DNA from: Spirochaetota bacterium | GTDB taxonomy: Bacteria; Spirochaetota; Spirochaetia; Treponematales; UBA12059 | Direction: 5' to 3' | Assembly: GCA_031402655.1 (NCBI GenBank) | Contig: JANNSO010000054.1 | Span: 19,058 to 83,057 of the forward strand | DNA length: 64,000 nt | Part shown: one piece after another, positions 10,244 through 18,833 of the stretch | Layout of the letters: every line of letters begins with the position of its first letter | How positions within the stretch are numbered: the first letter of the stretch is position 1 | Position numbers and translations under genes: made by a program | Notes under the pieces: model-generated | What the model was told of the DNA's origin: nothing | Seen by the model: the letters and a program-made list of their open reading frames with translations, nothing else | Databases searched by the model: none

Positions 10244-10294
10244 ATATGAGCATTTGTTCATATGTAATATAATCCAGTTTGAATGTTTGTGCAA
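10244..10294 (-). promoter_or_regulatory. putative sigma70-type promoter plus ArsR/SmtB-type operator of the arsR-ATPase operon
   Basis: The - strand reads TTGCAC-17 nt-TATATT (10294..10266). This is followed by the 9-2-9 imperfect inverted repeat ATATGAACA-AA-TGCTCATAT (10263..10244). CATATGAACA occurs twice, 16 bp apart. Confidence 0.5.
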
Positions 10295-10465
10295 GAGAAA
10301 TTTATAAAACTGCAACATTGTTTCGATGGAAGCAGGTACAGAATCGCAAAGCGCGCAGGCGCCGGTAGTTTTGATTCGGCGGAGCCACTCCGCTTCCGCT
10401 GACTGATAAAGGCAAGACAGGCTCCTATTTCGGGTAAAACAAGAGCCTCTCTTTTATTAACTAAT

Positions 10466-10707
10466 GGGGACCTCTAAAAACTTCAGTTTTGAGAGGCCTA
10501 CCATTAAAAAACCTGATTCCTCTAAGGAATCAGCGAGGGACCTCTGATAACCAACAAGGTTATTAGCAGCTTGTTGAAAAAGCTTGTGGCTTTTCCAACA
10601 AGCTAAAACATTCCTCGCATTTGATTACAAATGCTGCGGAAATGTTACATTTTGGAAGTGTTGAAAATCCTCATCCGAGGATTTTCAAAACCCTGTTAGA
10701 GGTCCCC
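10466..10707. mobile_element. MITE/PATE-like non-autonomous element (242 bp) made of six hairpins
   Basis: Perfect 12-bp terminal inverted repeats: GGGGACCTCTAA (10466..10477) and TTAGAGGTCCCC (10696..10707). Flanked on both sides by TAAT. Hairpins at 10471-10496, 10513-10533, ~10542-10564, 10571-10601, 10617-10634 and 10661-10688. No ORF. An internal TIR-like GGGACCTCTGATAA at 10537 suggests a nested or composite structure. Confidence 0.6.
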
Positions 10708-12440
10708 TAATTCTTTCCGCCTGCCAGCACGAAGCGCTTGACCTTTTTCGTGGTCGTCATTTCCAGCGGCTCTTCGAGCAGTTTTACCCTGCTGATTCTC
10801 TGGTACGGGAGCATTTCGGCATTCACCTTGTCCACGATAACCTGCATCGCCGCGAGCAGGAGCTCCGTGCCCCGGGCGGCGCTCGCATAGGTATCGGAAA
10901 AATCCTTTGCCGGGTAGATAAAAGCTTCGATTTCCTCGCCGGGGTCATCGCCGGATCCGGAACTCGCCGCAACGTATCCCCGTATCAACACCTGCTCCAC
11001 CTGGGGGAACAACTGGAAGCGGTGTTCTATCTCCTCGGGGTAGACATTCTTGCCGCCCGAGGTAACGATGAGATTTTTGGCCCTGCCGGTTAAGTAAAGA
11101 TAATTATCCCCGTCAATGTAGCCCACATCCCCGGTCTTGAGCCAACCATCCTTGGATAGCACCTCATCCGTGGCAGCCTGGTTTTTATAATACCCCTGCA
11201 TTACCACGGGGCCGCGCACCATGATTTCGCCGCGCTGGTCGTGATCCGGTTCCAGAATCCGCACTTCAAGCTGGGGAATTATTTTGCCGACACTGGTCTC
11301 CTTGTATGCTTCCACAGGATTCAAGGTAAGTATGGGACTCGTTTCCGTTAGTCCATAACCCTGGACAAAATTAATGCCCAACTGGTTGTATTTGCGAAAC
11401 ACGCTGGGAGCCAGCGGTCCGCCACCCGAGATACAGATACGTATCGTCCTGAGGCTAGCCTTGTCCAGCACCGAGCCGAACAATACTTTACCCGGATTCA
11501 TCTTGAATACTTTCTTAATAAACCCCGAGATACCCATCAAGGCACGGATTATTCCGAATACAAACGCTCCTTTTTGCCTAATTCCCTTCATGATTCCGTC
11601 CAGGACCTTGTTAAAAAGCAAAGGTACGCCGAGAAGCATGGTTACTTTTGCTTCCTTTAAATCCTGGAGTATTGCCTTGGTTACCATGCGCTGGCCAAAT
11701 ACAATTTCGGCTCCGACGGATATGGCCTCGATAAAAACCGCAAGCATCGTATAAGAATGGTGGAGCGGCAAAAGGGCGTAAAAAATATCGCTTGCAAAAA
11801 TTTCCATGTTGCACTGCGCAAGAAAGCAGTCGGAAACCAAATTGGCATGCGTGAGCATGACTCCCTTGGGAGTTCCCGTGGTACCGCTGGTAAACAAAAT
11901 CGCCGCCACATCACTCTCTAAGGCCTGTTCAGGCAGGGGATACTCATCCTTGACGGGCAGAGCGTACAGATATCCTGCCTTATTTTTGGAAAGCGACCAC
12001 CGTGCAAGGAGACCAAGCCTGGCAGGCTCGAAGTTATCAAACTTCTCTTCATCGATAAATAAGCCCTTGGCATCCGAAGCTCGGATTATTTTTTCGATTT
12101 CTTCGTTTTTCAGCTGATAATCGATGGGAACGACAACTGCGCCGGCTTGAAGTATCGCCAGATACGCCACAGCCCACTCGGGCGAATTTTTGCCGCTTAC
12201 AGCCACTTTGTCGTGCCTATGAATGCCATTGGCAGCAAGAAATCCCGCAAGTCTCTCGATTTTGTTTAAAGCTTCATTATAGGTTATTGAGTTTCTTCCC
12301 GGATCATAGACGGTAAAGCAAGCCCTGTCCCCAAACTGGGCCGCGGTTAAATGAAACAGTTGGGGAAGAGTCGGCCATTCGCCCGAAAAAAAGCTGCCTT
12401 TATGTTTCTTCAAAGATTCCAGTGGTTCCAAGCCGGGCAT
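10707..12440 (-). CDS. long-chain-fatty-acid--CoA ligase (AMP-dependent synthetase/ligase)
   Basis: 577 aa. AMP-binding motif TSGTTGTPKGVMLTH, GYGLTETS, GWLKTGDVGYID. Confidence 0.9.
   Translation of the reverse strand: MPGLEPLESLKKHKGSFFSGEWPTLPQLFHLTAAQFGDRACFTVYDPGRNSITYNEALNKIERLAGFLAANGIHRHDKVAVSGKNSPEWAVAYLAILQAGAVVVPIDYQLKNEEIEKIIRASDAKGLFIDEEKFDNFEPARLGLLARWSLSKNKAGYLYALPVKDEYPLPEQALESDVAAILFTSGTTGTPKGVMLTHANLVSDCFLAQCNMEIFASDIFYALLPLHHSYTMLAVFIEAISVGAEIVFGQRMVTKAILQDLKEAKVTMLLGVPLLFNKVLDGIMKGIRQKGAFVFGIIRALMGISGFIKKVFKMNPGKVLFGSVLDKASLRTIRICISGGGPLAPSVFRKYNQLGINFVQGYGLTETSPILTLNPVEAYKETSVGKIIPQLEVRILEPDHDQRGEIMVRGPVVMQGYYKNQAATDEVLSKDGWLKTGDVGYIDGDNYLYLTGRAKNLIVTSGGKNVYPEEIEHRFQLFPQVEQVLIRGYVAASSGSGDDPGEEIEAFIYPAKDFSDTYASAARGTELLLAAMQVIVDKVNAEMLPYQRISRVKLLEEPLEMTTTKKVKRFVLAGGKN
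12321..12337 (+). repeat. intragenic copy of the word (AGCCCTGTCCCCAAACT)
   Basis: Exact 12-mer. The 17 nt are identical to array unit 38018..38034. On the coding (-) strand it encodes QFGDRAC of the CoA ligase. Confidence 0.9.
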
Positions 12441-12626
12441 AGAGCCTCCTTTGGGGATTTATCAAAACACTTTAGCAATAGGAACGATAGGGAAGCTCTC
12501 ATAAATGCAGTCTTTAGAGGCAACCAGCATTCTATGATAGTTCCAGTTTCTTAAAAAAAGCAAGTAACCATCGTATAATTTGTTTTTTATGCTATACTGG
12601 CGACTACAGGCTGCAAGGGAGATTTC

Positions 12627-13361
12627 ATGTCAACGAAGGGTTCAAGCATTATAAATAGCTTCATGGCAATCGCGATTCTAGCTCTGGCGTCATGTTCTAC
12701 CCGGGCAAGCATGATTCTCAAGGAAAATGGGGATGCTTCAGTCGCGGTCTATTTTGAGATACCGGCAGCCGTTGAGCTGAAACTCAGGAATCTTGCCGCC
12801 GGAGATTCCGTTTCGGGCAGCTTTTTCGACGCGGCAGCGGTTGAAACGGGCTTGCGTACGCGCGGACTTATCGTGCATGAATCAAGAACTCCCGACGCTC
12901 GCTCGTACAGCGGGTCTTTCGATATAAAATCCCTGCCCTTATTTATTCAAAATGATCCCGAGCTTTCGAAGGCCGGAATCCTTTCCTTTTCCCGCGAAAA
13001 AGGATGGGCGGAAGTCCGTATTCGCATAACAAGGTTAAATTCGAGAGCCCTGGTCAATTTATTTCCCAGTGTCGACATGCAGCTCCTGGAGTCGCTCTCC
13101 CCGCCTGCACTGTTCGATCTTCCTGTCAGCAAGGCTAATTACCGTTCCATGCTTGCCGCGCTCCTGGGAAAAGCCGCAATCGAGGCAATTGATGCCAGTT
13201 CTTTTATCTTATCAATCAGCGTTCCCGGTCCGATATTAGAAAACGATGGCGGTGTAGTCAAAGCCTCTTCCAACGGCCGGATATTCGTATGCACCGTACC
13301 TGTTCTGGATGCCATGACTTTGGAACAGGCTATCACCCTGCGCATCCGGTGGAAAGAATAG
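12627..13361 (+). CDS. hypothetical lipoprotein
   Basis: 244-aa ORF with signal peptide and lipobox (ILALASCS). No recognisable domain. Heads the phosphatase/partner-switching gene string. Confidence 0.6.
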   Translation: MSTKGSSIINSFMAIAILALASCSTRASMILKENGDASVAVYFEIPAAVELKLRNLAAGDSVSGSFFDAAAVETGLRTRGLIVHESRTPDARSYSGSFDIKSLPLFIQNDPELSKAGILSFSREKGWAEVRIRITRLNSRALVNLFPSVDMQLLESLSPPALFDLPVSKANYRSMLAALLGKAAIEAIDASSFILSISVPGPILENDGGVVKASSNGRIFVCTVPVLDAMTLEQAITLRIRWKE

Positions 13362-13442
13362 CCAAGGCAGCTGTGGAATGTCATAAAGTTACCCCCCTAC
13401 TGCGCGTAATGATAGAGAATCTTTTTTCGAGGAGCATATGAC

Positions 13443-14834
13443 GTGGAATTTCAAGCTGTAAGATCATCGGTGTCCGCTATCATCAGGATGATAGTTTCGG
13501 TCATTTTTGGCTTTTTAATTTATTACGTCACGCAAGGCTTTTCCCTCCTCAACACTACCGTTGTCGCGGCGTCGACCTTCCTGATATTTTTTCTTACGCA
13601 GCGGCGCTTCATAAGAACGTATACGGAACGAATCCGCCAAAAGATGCAGCTGCGGGGAATGACCAAGTTGCTCAATGTTTTCGTGGACCGCGTAAGCACA
13701 TGCTTTACCATGCCCGAGTTCGTAAGCGCTATTCGAGAAACACTCGAACTACCCCTCGATGCATCGGCCATGCTCATCCGAAGCAACACATGGGATCTAC
13801 TCTACGGCAGCCCCGCAAGCTTGAGCACCGATCCCTTGACGATTTCAGTACTCAAGAAAAATTTCCGCGAGCTTTCGGAAGGCTTCGGATACCTCGACGA
13901 CCGCTTTAGCCTGAGCCTCCGCAAGAGCGAGGCTCGCGGCATCTTCATCTTTTGCAAGGGTTATTACCTCTTCATCTTCTTTCGCGCCTGCACCGTCATA
14001 GATAACGACGCTTTCCGCATCCTGTACGGCGAGCTGCTGATATTTTTCGACCGCGTCCTTACGGTAGCGAGGCTTTTTCAAATCGCGGCGCTCTCAAAAG
14101 AATGGCGGCAGATTGCCGAGACGCAGCGTACTTTCCTGCCTGCCACCCTGCCGCAGCATCCCAAGCTTACCATGGCCGCCTATTTTCGGCCTCTGGTAAA
14201 CGTATCCGGCGATTATTACGACGCGGTGCAGGTTGATGAGGATCATTTCCTGCTTGTCATGGGCGATGTATCGGGCAAAGGCCTGGGCGCGGCCTTGGTA
14301 ATGGGTATCATTACCAACACCATACGTACCGCTACGAACAAACTGGATCTCGCCGAAATCCTGGGCAAGTGCGATTCCGCGATACAGGAAATGGGCTTTG
14401 AGGATAAATATACCGTGCTGTTTCTTGGTCTCATCGATCTTAAAAAAAGGTCTTTGTCATACATCAACGCAGCGCTGCCCGATCAGTTCCTCGTGGTTAA
14501 GACCATCAAGGGGGCTACGATCAAAAGGCTCGAATCAAACCAGGGCATCGTGGGGCTCGTGCCCATAGACAGCGTCCAGGTAAGCGAAGTGGAATTGCGC
14601 TCCGACGATATATTGATACTTACCACGGACGGGCTGACCGAACTGGAAAACTCCGAGGGAGTCCCCCTGGATGAGTCGCCGGAATTTAATCGAATTTTAA
14701 AGGAAGCAGGGGAGATACCTATAGACGATCTCGTGGAGCGGCTCGCAACCCTGGGCGAAACCTATACCGCGGGGAAGGCCCTGCGCGATGATATTACAAT
14801 TCTCGCAGTCAAGGCAGGACGATTATGGGATTGA
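13443..14834 (+). CDS. membrane-anchored PP2C/SpoIIE-family serine phosphatase
   Basis: Two N-terminal TM segments. SpoIIE block SGDYYDAV..LVMGDVSGKGLGAAL..TTDGLTE..RDDITILAV. GTG start. Confidence 0.85.
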   Translation: MEFQAVRSSVSAIIRMIVSVIFGFLIYYVTQGFSLLNTTVVAASTFLIFFLTQRRFIRTYTERIRQKMQLRGMTKLLNVFVDRVSTCFTMPEFVSAIRETLELPLDASAMLIRSNTWDLLYGSPASLSTDPLTISVLKKNFRELSEGFGYLDDRFSLSLRKSEARGIFIFCKGYYLFIFFRACTVIDNDAFRILYGELLIFFDRVLTVARLFQIAALSKEWRQIAETQRTFLPATLPQHPKLTMAAYFRPLVNVSGDYYDAVQVDEDHFLLVMGDVSGKGLGAALVMGIITNTIRTATNKLDLAEILGKCDSAIQEMGFEDKYTVLFLGLIDLKKRSLSYINAALPDQFLVVKTIKGATIKRLESNQGIVGLVPIDSVQVSEVELRSDDILILTTDGLTELENSEGVPLDESPEFNRILKEAGEIPIDDLVERLATLGETYTAGKALRDDITILAVKAGRLWD

Positions 14835-16960
14835 TACTTTTTACCTATCTTGCTGCGTTTATCACGCTTATAGTCGCCTTTCGCTCCACCAGGCATCTGA
14901 GCGGCTCCGACATAAACGTCTTCAGGCTTGCGGTTTTGGCGATTTTCGCTTTTTCGCTCCTCTTTGCAACCGGATATTTATTGGCTCCTACCCAAACAGG
15001 CTTGGCTCTTATAATGCTGCGCTGGTCCGGTGCGCTTACCATGGCCGCCAGCCTGTGCTTTTTAAGGCTGGCCATTACCTATCCATATGGAAGAAAGCAA
15101 TACCTGCTTGACGCAATCCTTATCATCGCGGCCGGAATTTTCGCCTGGCGCAGCGGGGGTACCGAAGACTACCTGCAAGGTGTCCGGTGGGGAAACCTCC
15201 AGCTGCTTCGAGCAACGGGTTCAAGATATTTCCTGTTCGAGGCACTGACCACCGGGAGCGGGATACTCGCGGCCTTTATTCTTTTAGTGCGCTCTTATAT
15301 TATTCGCAGCAAAGTCTACAGCCAGCAAGTCCGCGTTTTCAGCGCAGGGGTTTTTGGCTTTGCATCCCTGAACTTCCTGCTCGGAACCTGGTTGCCATTC
15401 AAGGGTTTCCACTTCCTGCACCCGCTAACTCCCGTTTCGTCCATACTGGCAGTAGCCGCAGCGCTTTATATCTTTAATTCATCGCGAATTTTCCATTCAC
15501 CGACCGTCGCAAAAACCATATTGTCACGCATACTCCTGTTTTTGCTTTTCGGAACCCCGCTCGGAATAATAATTAGCGTCGCGTTTATTGTAAATTCGAG
15601 CATGGCGTTTATAAGCGTTCTAGCCTGCGCCATTTTCTACTTCATTGCGGGGCAGCTGGCGGAAAACTTTGCCCAGACCAGATTCGGTTCGGCCCGCGAT
15701 GAAAGCGCCCGCGAGAACCTGGAGGCGGAGATCGCGCACATAGACCTTTCCCTGGGCCGGGAATCCGTGCTTAAAGACCTGTTCGGAATTCTGGCTCCCA
15801 CGTTTGGATGCGAATCGCTGACGGTTCTCAGCGAAACTGAAACCGGCGCACTCCAGAAAATATTTCCCGAGGAATCCACCCGTGCGGACTACGAACACGG
15901 AGACCCCATACTCGACGTAATTTCAGGCATAGACAGCAAAGTGCTGCTTAAAACGGACATCATTACATCTCCCTCCTACAGGGATGTAAAAGCCCCGCTC
16001 CTGACATTATTCGAAGCCTACAATACGGAAGCCATGATCGTTGCCAAAGAAGGCAGGCGCATTATAGGAATATTCATATTCGGCCCCAAGCGAAACGGCT
16101 CGGACTACGACGAGCTTGATTACCAGATGTTCCTGGCCATCCAGGGCAAACTCTTCGTCGTGGCATATTATGTGCGGCATGTAGCCAGGGAATCCCTTCT
16201 TGCCACCGTCGAAAAAGAAATCGGACTTGCCGACCAAATCGTGCGATCGGTCCAGGAGCACATCGACAAGGTGGAGCATCCGTCGGTGGATGTCTCCTTC
16301 ATCTGCCGTTCGACGCGCCATCTTGGCGGCGATCTGTACGATTCGGTGCAAATATCCCCGCACCGATGGTTCTTCGTGGTGGGGGACGTTTCGGGCAAAG
16401 GGCTAAACGCGGCGATGTCCATGGTAATCCTCAAATCGATTATCAGGGGACTGCTGCGCGAAGAAAGCGACTTTGTAAAGCTCGTAGCCCGGACAAATAC
16501 GTTTATAAAAAATCACCTGCCGCGCGGAACATTTTTTGCCGGACTCTTCGGGTTTATCGCATTGGATAAGGGTTCCATATATTTCATCAATTGCGGGATC
16601 CCCGCCGTGTTTTTCAGGTCGCCCGGGCTGGACACCGTCATCGAAGCGCAAGGCGAAGGCCGGATGCTCGGCATCGTAAAGAATGTGGAGCCGCATCTCA
16701 AGCAAAGAAAACTGCCCTTGACGCCGGGCTCAACGGTTGTAATCACCACGGACGGCATCGTCGAGGCCGAGAGCCTCCGTGGCGAGAGGTACGGCAAGGA
16801 GCGCATCGTGCGCATCATGAATGAAAACAAAGGCGCAAGCGCGAAAGCCATGGTAGATGCGGTCATTGCCAGCGCAACATCCTTTACCGACAATAAACTC
16901 GACGATGACATCACCATACTAGCCCTGAATTACTATGGACACAAGGAGAAAGCACAATGA
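14825..16960 (+). CDS. polytopic membrane sensor PP2C/SpoIIE-family serine phosphatase
   Basis: 711 aa. About 8 N-terminal TM helices and a central GAF-like region. SpoIIE block GGDLYDSV..VVGDVSGKGLNAAM..TTDGIVEA..DDDITILAL. 10-nt overlap with the upstream phosphatase gene. Confidence 0.85.
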   Translation: MGLILFTYLAAFITLIVAFRSTRHLSGSDINVFRLAVLAIFAFSLLFATGYLLAPTQTGLALIMLRWSGALTMAASLCFLRLAITYPYGRKQYLLDAILIIAAGIFAWRSGGTEDYLQGVRWGNLQLLRATGSRYFLFEALTTGSGILAAFILLVRSYIIRSKVYSQQVRVFSAGVFGFASLNFLLGTWLPFKGFHFLHPLTPVSSILAVAAALYIFNSSRIFHSPTVAKTILSRILLFLLFGTPLGIIISVAFIVNSSMAFISVLACAIFYFIAGQLAENFAQTRFGSARDESARENLEAEIAHIDLSLGRESVLKDLFGILAPTFGCESLTVLSETETGALQKIFPEESTRADYEHGDPILDVISGIDSKVLLKTDIITSPSYRDVKAPLLTLFEAYNTEAMIVAKEGRRIIGIFIFGPKRNGSDYDELDYQMFLAIQGKLFVVAYYVRHVARESLLATVEKEIGLADQIVRSVQEHIDKVEHPSVDVSFICRSTRHLGGDLYDSVQISPHRWFFVVGDVSGKGLNAAMSMVILKSIIRGLLREESDFVKLVARTNTFIKNHLPRGTFFAGLFGFIALDKGSIYFINCGIPAVFFRSPGLDTVIEAQGEGRMLGIVKNVEPHLKQRKLPLTPGSTVVITTDGIVEAESLRGERYGKERIVRIMNENKGASAKAMVDAVIASATSFTDNKLDDDITILALNYYGHKEKAQ

Positions 16961-17286
16961 CGGGAATCAGCATACAGGTAAGCGAGCGGGGTCATTACAC
17001 CGTTCTGACGATAAGCGGACCGATCAACAGCTATACGTTTTCCGAATTGCAGGAAAAAGTCCTGAAATTCGCCGGTAAAAAAGACCTCGCCATAGATCTT
17101 TCAGGAGTTTCGTCGATGACCAGCGCGGGTATCGGAGTTATGCTCGCCGCAGTGGAAGACGCGGAATCCACCGGCAAGAAAATTTTCATCGTTTCCCCTT
17201 CTGAGGTCTCCAGGCTCGCCATCGAATCCACCGGATTCCTGGAAACCTTCCCCATTATTTCAAGCCTGAAAGACCTCCCGACCTAA
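16957..17286 (+). CDS. STAS-domain anti-sigma-factor antagonist (RsbV/SpoIIAA-like)
   Basis: 109 aa. DLSGVSSMTSAGIGVML with a candidate phospho-serine. ATGA start/stop overlap with the phosphatase gene. Confidence 0.85.
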   Translation: MTGISIQVSERGHYTVLTISGPINSYTFSELQEKVLKFAGKKDLAIDLSGVSSMTSAGIGVMLAAVEDAESTGKKIFIVSPSEVSRLAIESTGFLETFPIISSLKDLPT

Positions 17287-17296
17287 GCGGATCCAA

Positions 17297-17776
17297 ATGC
17301 GCCCAACCACTGACCGTAAAAGTAAAAAAATATTCTTAAGGCTCGCAAAGTCCCGGAAAAGCATCATGCGCTTCGAGGCATTCGTCCGGCAAAGCGGGTT
17401 TCTGACCGAGCGGGAAAAATTCCTGCTGCTTATCGCGGGCAACGAAGTTTGTGATAATTTAATAACGCACGGGGAAGTGGGCTTCCGGGGAATAACCTGC
17501 TGCATCCGAAAGCAGAACGACAGGATAATCCTGTCGTTCTACGTGGAAAGCCACGCGATATTCAGGGAATTCGCCGACTGGCTGAAATCCTCGCCTACGC
17601 TCGAACCGCGCTTCGACGAAAAGGAAAAGCGCTGGCACGGACTTGGACTGACCATGTGCGGCAACCTCGCAAAGAGCATCCGCTACCGCCCCGGCATAAA
17701 AATCGACAGGGTCTACCTCGAGTTCGATATATGCGGCAGGGCGGTAAACCTTATTCCTGCCCTACCAAAGCCTTGA
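17297..17776 (+). CDS. divergent RsbW/SpoIIAB-like anti-sigma factor / serine kinase
   Basis: 159 aa directly after the STAS gene. N-box-like AGNEVCDNLITHG and G-box-like HGLGLTM, but no clear DxGxG box, so the function call is tentative. Confidence 0.5.
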   Translation: MRPTTDRKSKKIFLRLAKSRKSIMRFEAFVRQSGFLTEREKFLLLIAGNEVCDNLITHGEVGFRGITCCIRKQNDRIILSFYVESHAIFREFADWLKSSPTLEPRFDEKEKRWHGLGLTMCGNLAKSIRYRPGIKIDRVYLEFDICGRAVNLIPALPKP

Positions 17777-18725
17777 TATAGTGAAGCCTTCCGTACAGTT
17801 CGGGATGTGCCGAATTCCTGCGGGATAAACGCCCTTTAAGCTTGCCAAGCGCATCCACCTTACGCGAGTCCATCCAGGTACGCATTTCCTCCAGTATTTG
17901 CGGTACGGCTTCAAAGCCCCGGCCATACAGCGCGGAACACAACTGCACGGCACCTGCTCCCGCGGACACGAGCCTAAGCACTGTCTGCCCATCATAGACG
18001 CCGCCCGACGCCGCCAAATCGAGTCCTACACGGCCTTCCAGAAGCGCTATCCAGCGAAGACTCTCGTGATACATTTCAGGGCTGCTTCGGCTTGGGCCGG
18101 CCTTCAGGCTCATTGAGTCCAAATCTATGTCCATCCGGTAGAAGCGGTTGAACAAAACAGCCCCGCGCGCACCGGATTTACCGAAACGATACAGAATATT
18201 CCCCGGGTTGGAATATGCAGAACCGATTTTTACCGCAACGGGAATCTTAACCGTTTTGCAGACTGCTGCCACTGTCGCAACCAGGGAATCTTCCATCACG
18301 GATGACGATTCTTCTATATTAAGAGGAACATGGCCAATATTCAGCTCAATAGCCGCCGCACCGGCGGATTCGAGTTTTTTCGCGAAATCGACCCACCAGG
18401 AACCGCCGGTACAGTTAATGCTGGCAAATACAGGAACATCAACCGACTTTTTGGCGGAAGAGACTAGATCAAGATATTCGGAAGTACCTTCGGACATGCC
18501 CATACCGCTCAGAAACGCCTCCGCTTCCGGATGGCTTTCCACTTCCCGCTCTATACCGGCCAACTCTGCCCGAAGCTGCTCTTCAAAAAGCGACTTGAGC
18601 ACCACGGCAGCTGCGCCGGCATTGACCGCTGCCTCCACGCCTTTTAGGTTCGAAGTCAAACCGGAGGACGCGACAATAAGCGGATTCTTAAGATGCAAGC
18701 CTAAATAATCCAACGATAAATCCAT
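17751..18725 (-). CDS. dihydroorotate dehydrogenase-like protein (class 1 DHOD/DHPD TIM-barrel family)
   Basis: LGLHLKNPLIVASSGLTS N-terminus and FMN-barrel-like sequence throughout. Start set at ATG 18725 after AAGGAGA. 26-nt convergent overlap with the RsbW-like gene. Confidence 0.8.
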   Translation of the reverse strand: MDLSLDYLGLHLKNPLIVASSGLTSNLKGVEAAVNAGAAAVVLKSLFEEQLRAELAGIEREVESHPEAEAFLSGMGMSEGTSEYLDLVSSAKKSVDVPVFASINCTGGSWWVDFAKKLESAGAAAIELNIGHVPLNIEESSSVMEDSLVATVAAVCKTVKIPVAVKIGSAYSNPGNILYRFGKSGARGAVLFNRFYRMDIDLDSMSLKAGPSRSSPEMYHESLRWIALLEGRVGLDLAASGGVYDGQTVLRLVSAGAGAVQLCSALYGRGFEAVPQILEEMRTWMDSRKVDALGKLKGRLSRRNSAHPELYGRLHYIKALVGQE

Positions 18726-18833
18726 GATAAATTCTCCTTCGCCTCTTGCAACGATGCTTACAATACAAAGTATATGCATGAAATCTTTGAAGAGCAAGAA
18801 AGAACAATGGAAAATATTCTCGCGAGGTAGGGG

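Noticed and set aside
10319-10465. Possible tRNA or small RNA gene in the arsR/CoA-ligase intergenic region (short hairpins GCGGAG-CCA-CTCCGC and AGGCTC..GAGCCT).
   Set aside because: There is no cloverleaf arrangement, no conserved T-loop or anticodon-arm spacing, and the stems are only 5-6 bp. Nothing supports an RNA gene call.
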